From Arcobacteraceae bacterium (GTDB lineage: Bacteria; Campylobacterota; Campylobacteria; Campylobacterales; Arcobacteraceae): 64,000 bases of DNA. The notes beneath the pieces were generated by a model. That model saw nothing but the letters and a program-made list of their open reading frames with translations, did not search any database and was not told the origin of the DNA. Below, piece after piece: positions 63,428 through 64,000 of this stretch (the first letter of the stretch is position 1; each line of letters opens with the position of its first letter). A program made the translations under genes and the position numbers. Location of the stretch: assembly GCA_963662945.1 (NCBI GenBank), contig OY759974.1, positions 1,568,001 through 1,632,000 of the forward strand. Direction: 5' to 3'.

Positions 63428-64000
63428 TTATAATATTGGAATAGTTATAAAAAACTTTGCTCCATTTTTTTCATTTGAAGCAGTAAGTGTTCCATTCATA
63501 TTATTTTCTACAATGAGTTTCGACATAAAAAGTCCAATTCCGCTACCATCTTTTTTTTCAAATGTCATAAAAGGTTTAAAAATATCATCCATATATTTTT
63601 CACTTATTCCACCACCATTATCTAAAATTTCAGTAATGCATTTACCATTTACTTCATAGACTTTTACCTCTATAAGACCATCTTGTATGTTTCTTTGGAT
63701 TAGTACATCTTTTGCATTGGAAATTATATTAATAAGAACTTGTGAGTATTCATTTTGATAACCATAAATTGTAGGATTGTTTTTGAGAATAATATTGATT
63801 TTAATATTTTTATTATCTAGTGTACTACTGAGTATATTAACTGTTCTTTTTATTTGTTCAGATATTTTAAATTTTGTTTTTTCTTTATTTGTTGCAAAAA
63901 AATTTCTAAAATCTTCAATAGTATTTGACATATATTTTAATATATGATTTGATCTATCAATCATCTCTAAAATTTCATCATTTGAAATATTTTCTTTGAT
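63428..64000 (-). CDS. Sensor histidine kinase, C-terminal part (runs off the window)
   Basis: YMSNTIEDFR, N-box, DNGGG, GSGIGL; frame is open to the window edge. Confidence 0.9.
   Translation of the reverse strand: MKENISNDEILEMIDRSNHILKYMSNTIEDFRNFFATNKEKTKFKISEQIKRTVNILSSTLDNKNIKINIILKNNPTIYGYQNEYSQVLINIISNAKDVLIQRNIQDGLIEVKVYEVNGKCITEILDNGGGISEKYMDDIFKPFMTFEKKDGSGIGLFMSKLIVENNMNGTLTASNEKNGAKFFITIPIL

Overview
AT-rich chromosomal segment from a Campylobacterota bacterium, most consistent with Arcobacteraceae (NavAb-like sodium channel, many orphan 'HQWRQPL' histidine kinases, stand-alone atpB, prfB without a frameshift). About two thirds is housekeeping: Csd6/Pgp2-like peptidoglycan enzyme, trxB-dapB-purF, cheV, alaS, trxA, nnr, thiG, a Pro-His-Arg-Leu tRNA operon, atpB, lpxH, prfB, era, a partial T2SS/Cts-like cluster, panC, secG-frr-pyrE, uvrB, msrAB and lepA. 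I saw no phage, IS, integrase or CRISPR array. The most notable accessory elements are: (1) a Lap-type c-di-GMP-controlled type I secretion locus whose LapD carries a ~100-aa adhesin/cadherin-like insert, with a T1SS operon ending in an ankyrin-OmpA lipoprotein and a WG-repeat lipoprotein; (2) an exported rhodanese placed directly upstream of a chemoreceptor, a candidate sulfur-sensing pair, plus a second Sud-like exported rhodanese; (3) a 34% acidic orphan protein (DNA-mimic-like) between two kinases; (4) an MsrA-Trx-MsrB fusion; (5) unusual translation-initiation signals: three candidate AUU starts and six candidate leaderless mRNAs. All family assignments come from motifs recognised by eye, not from database searches.
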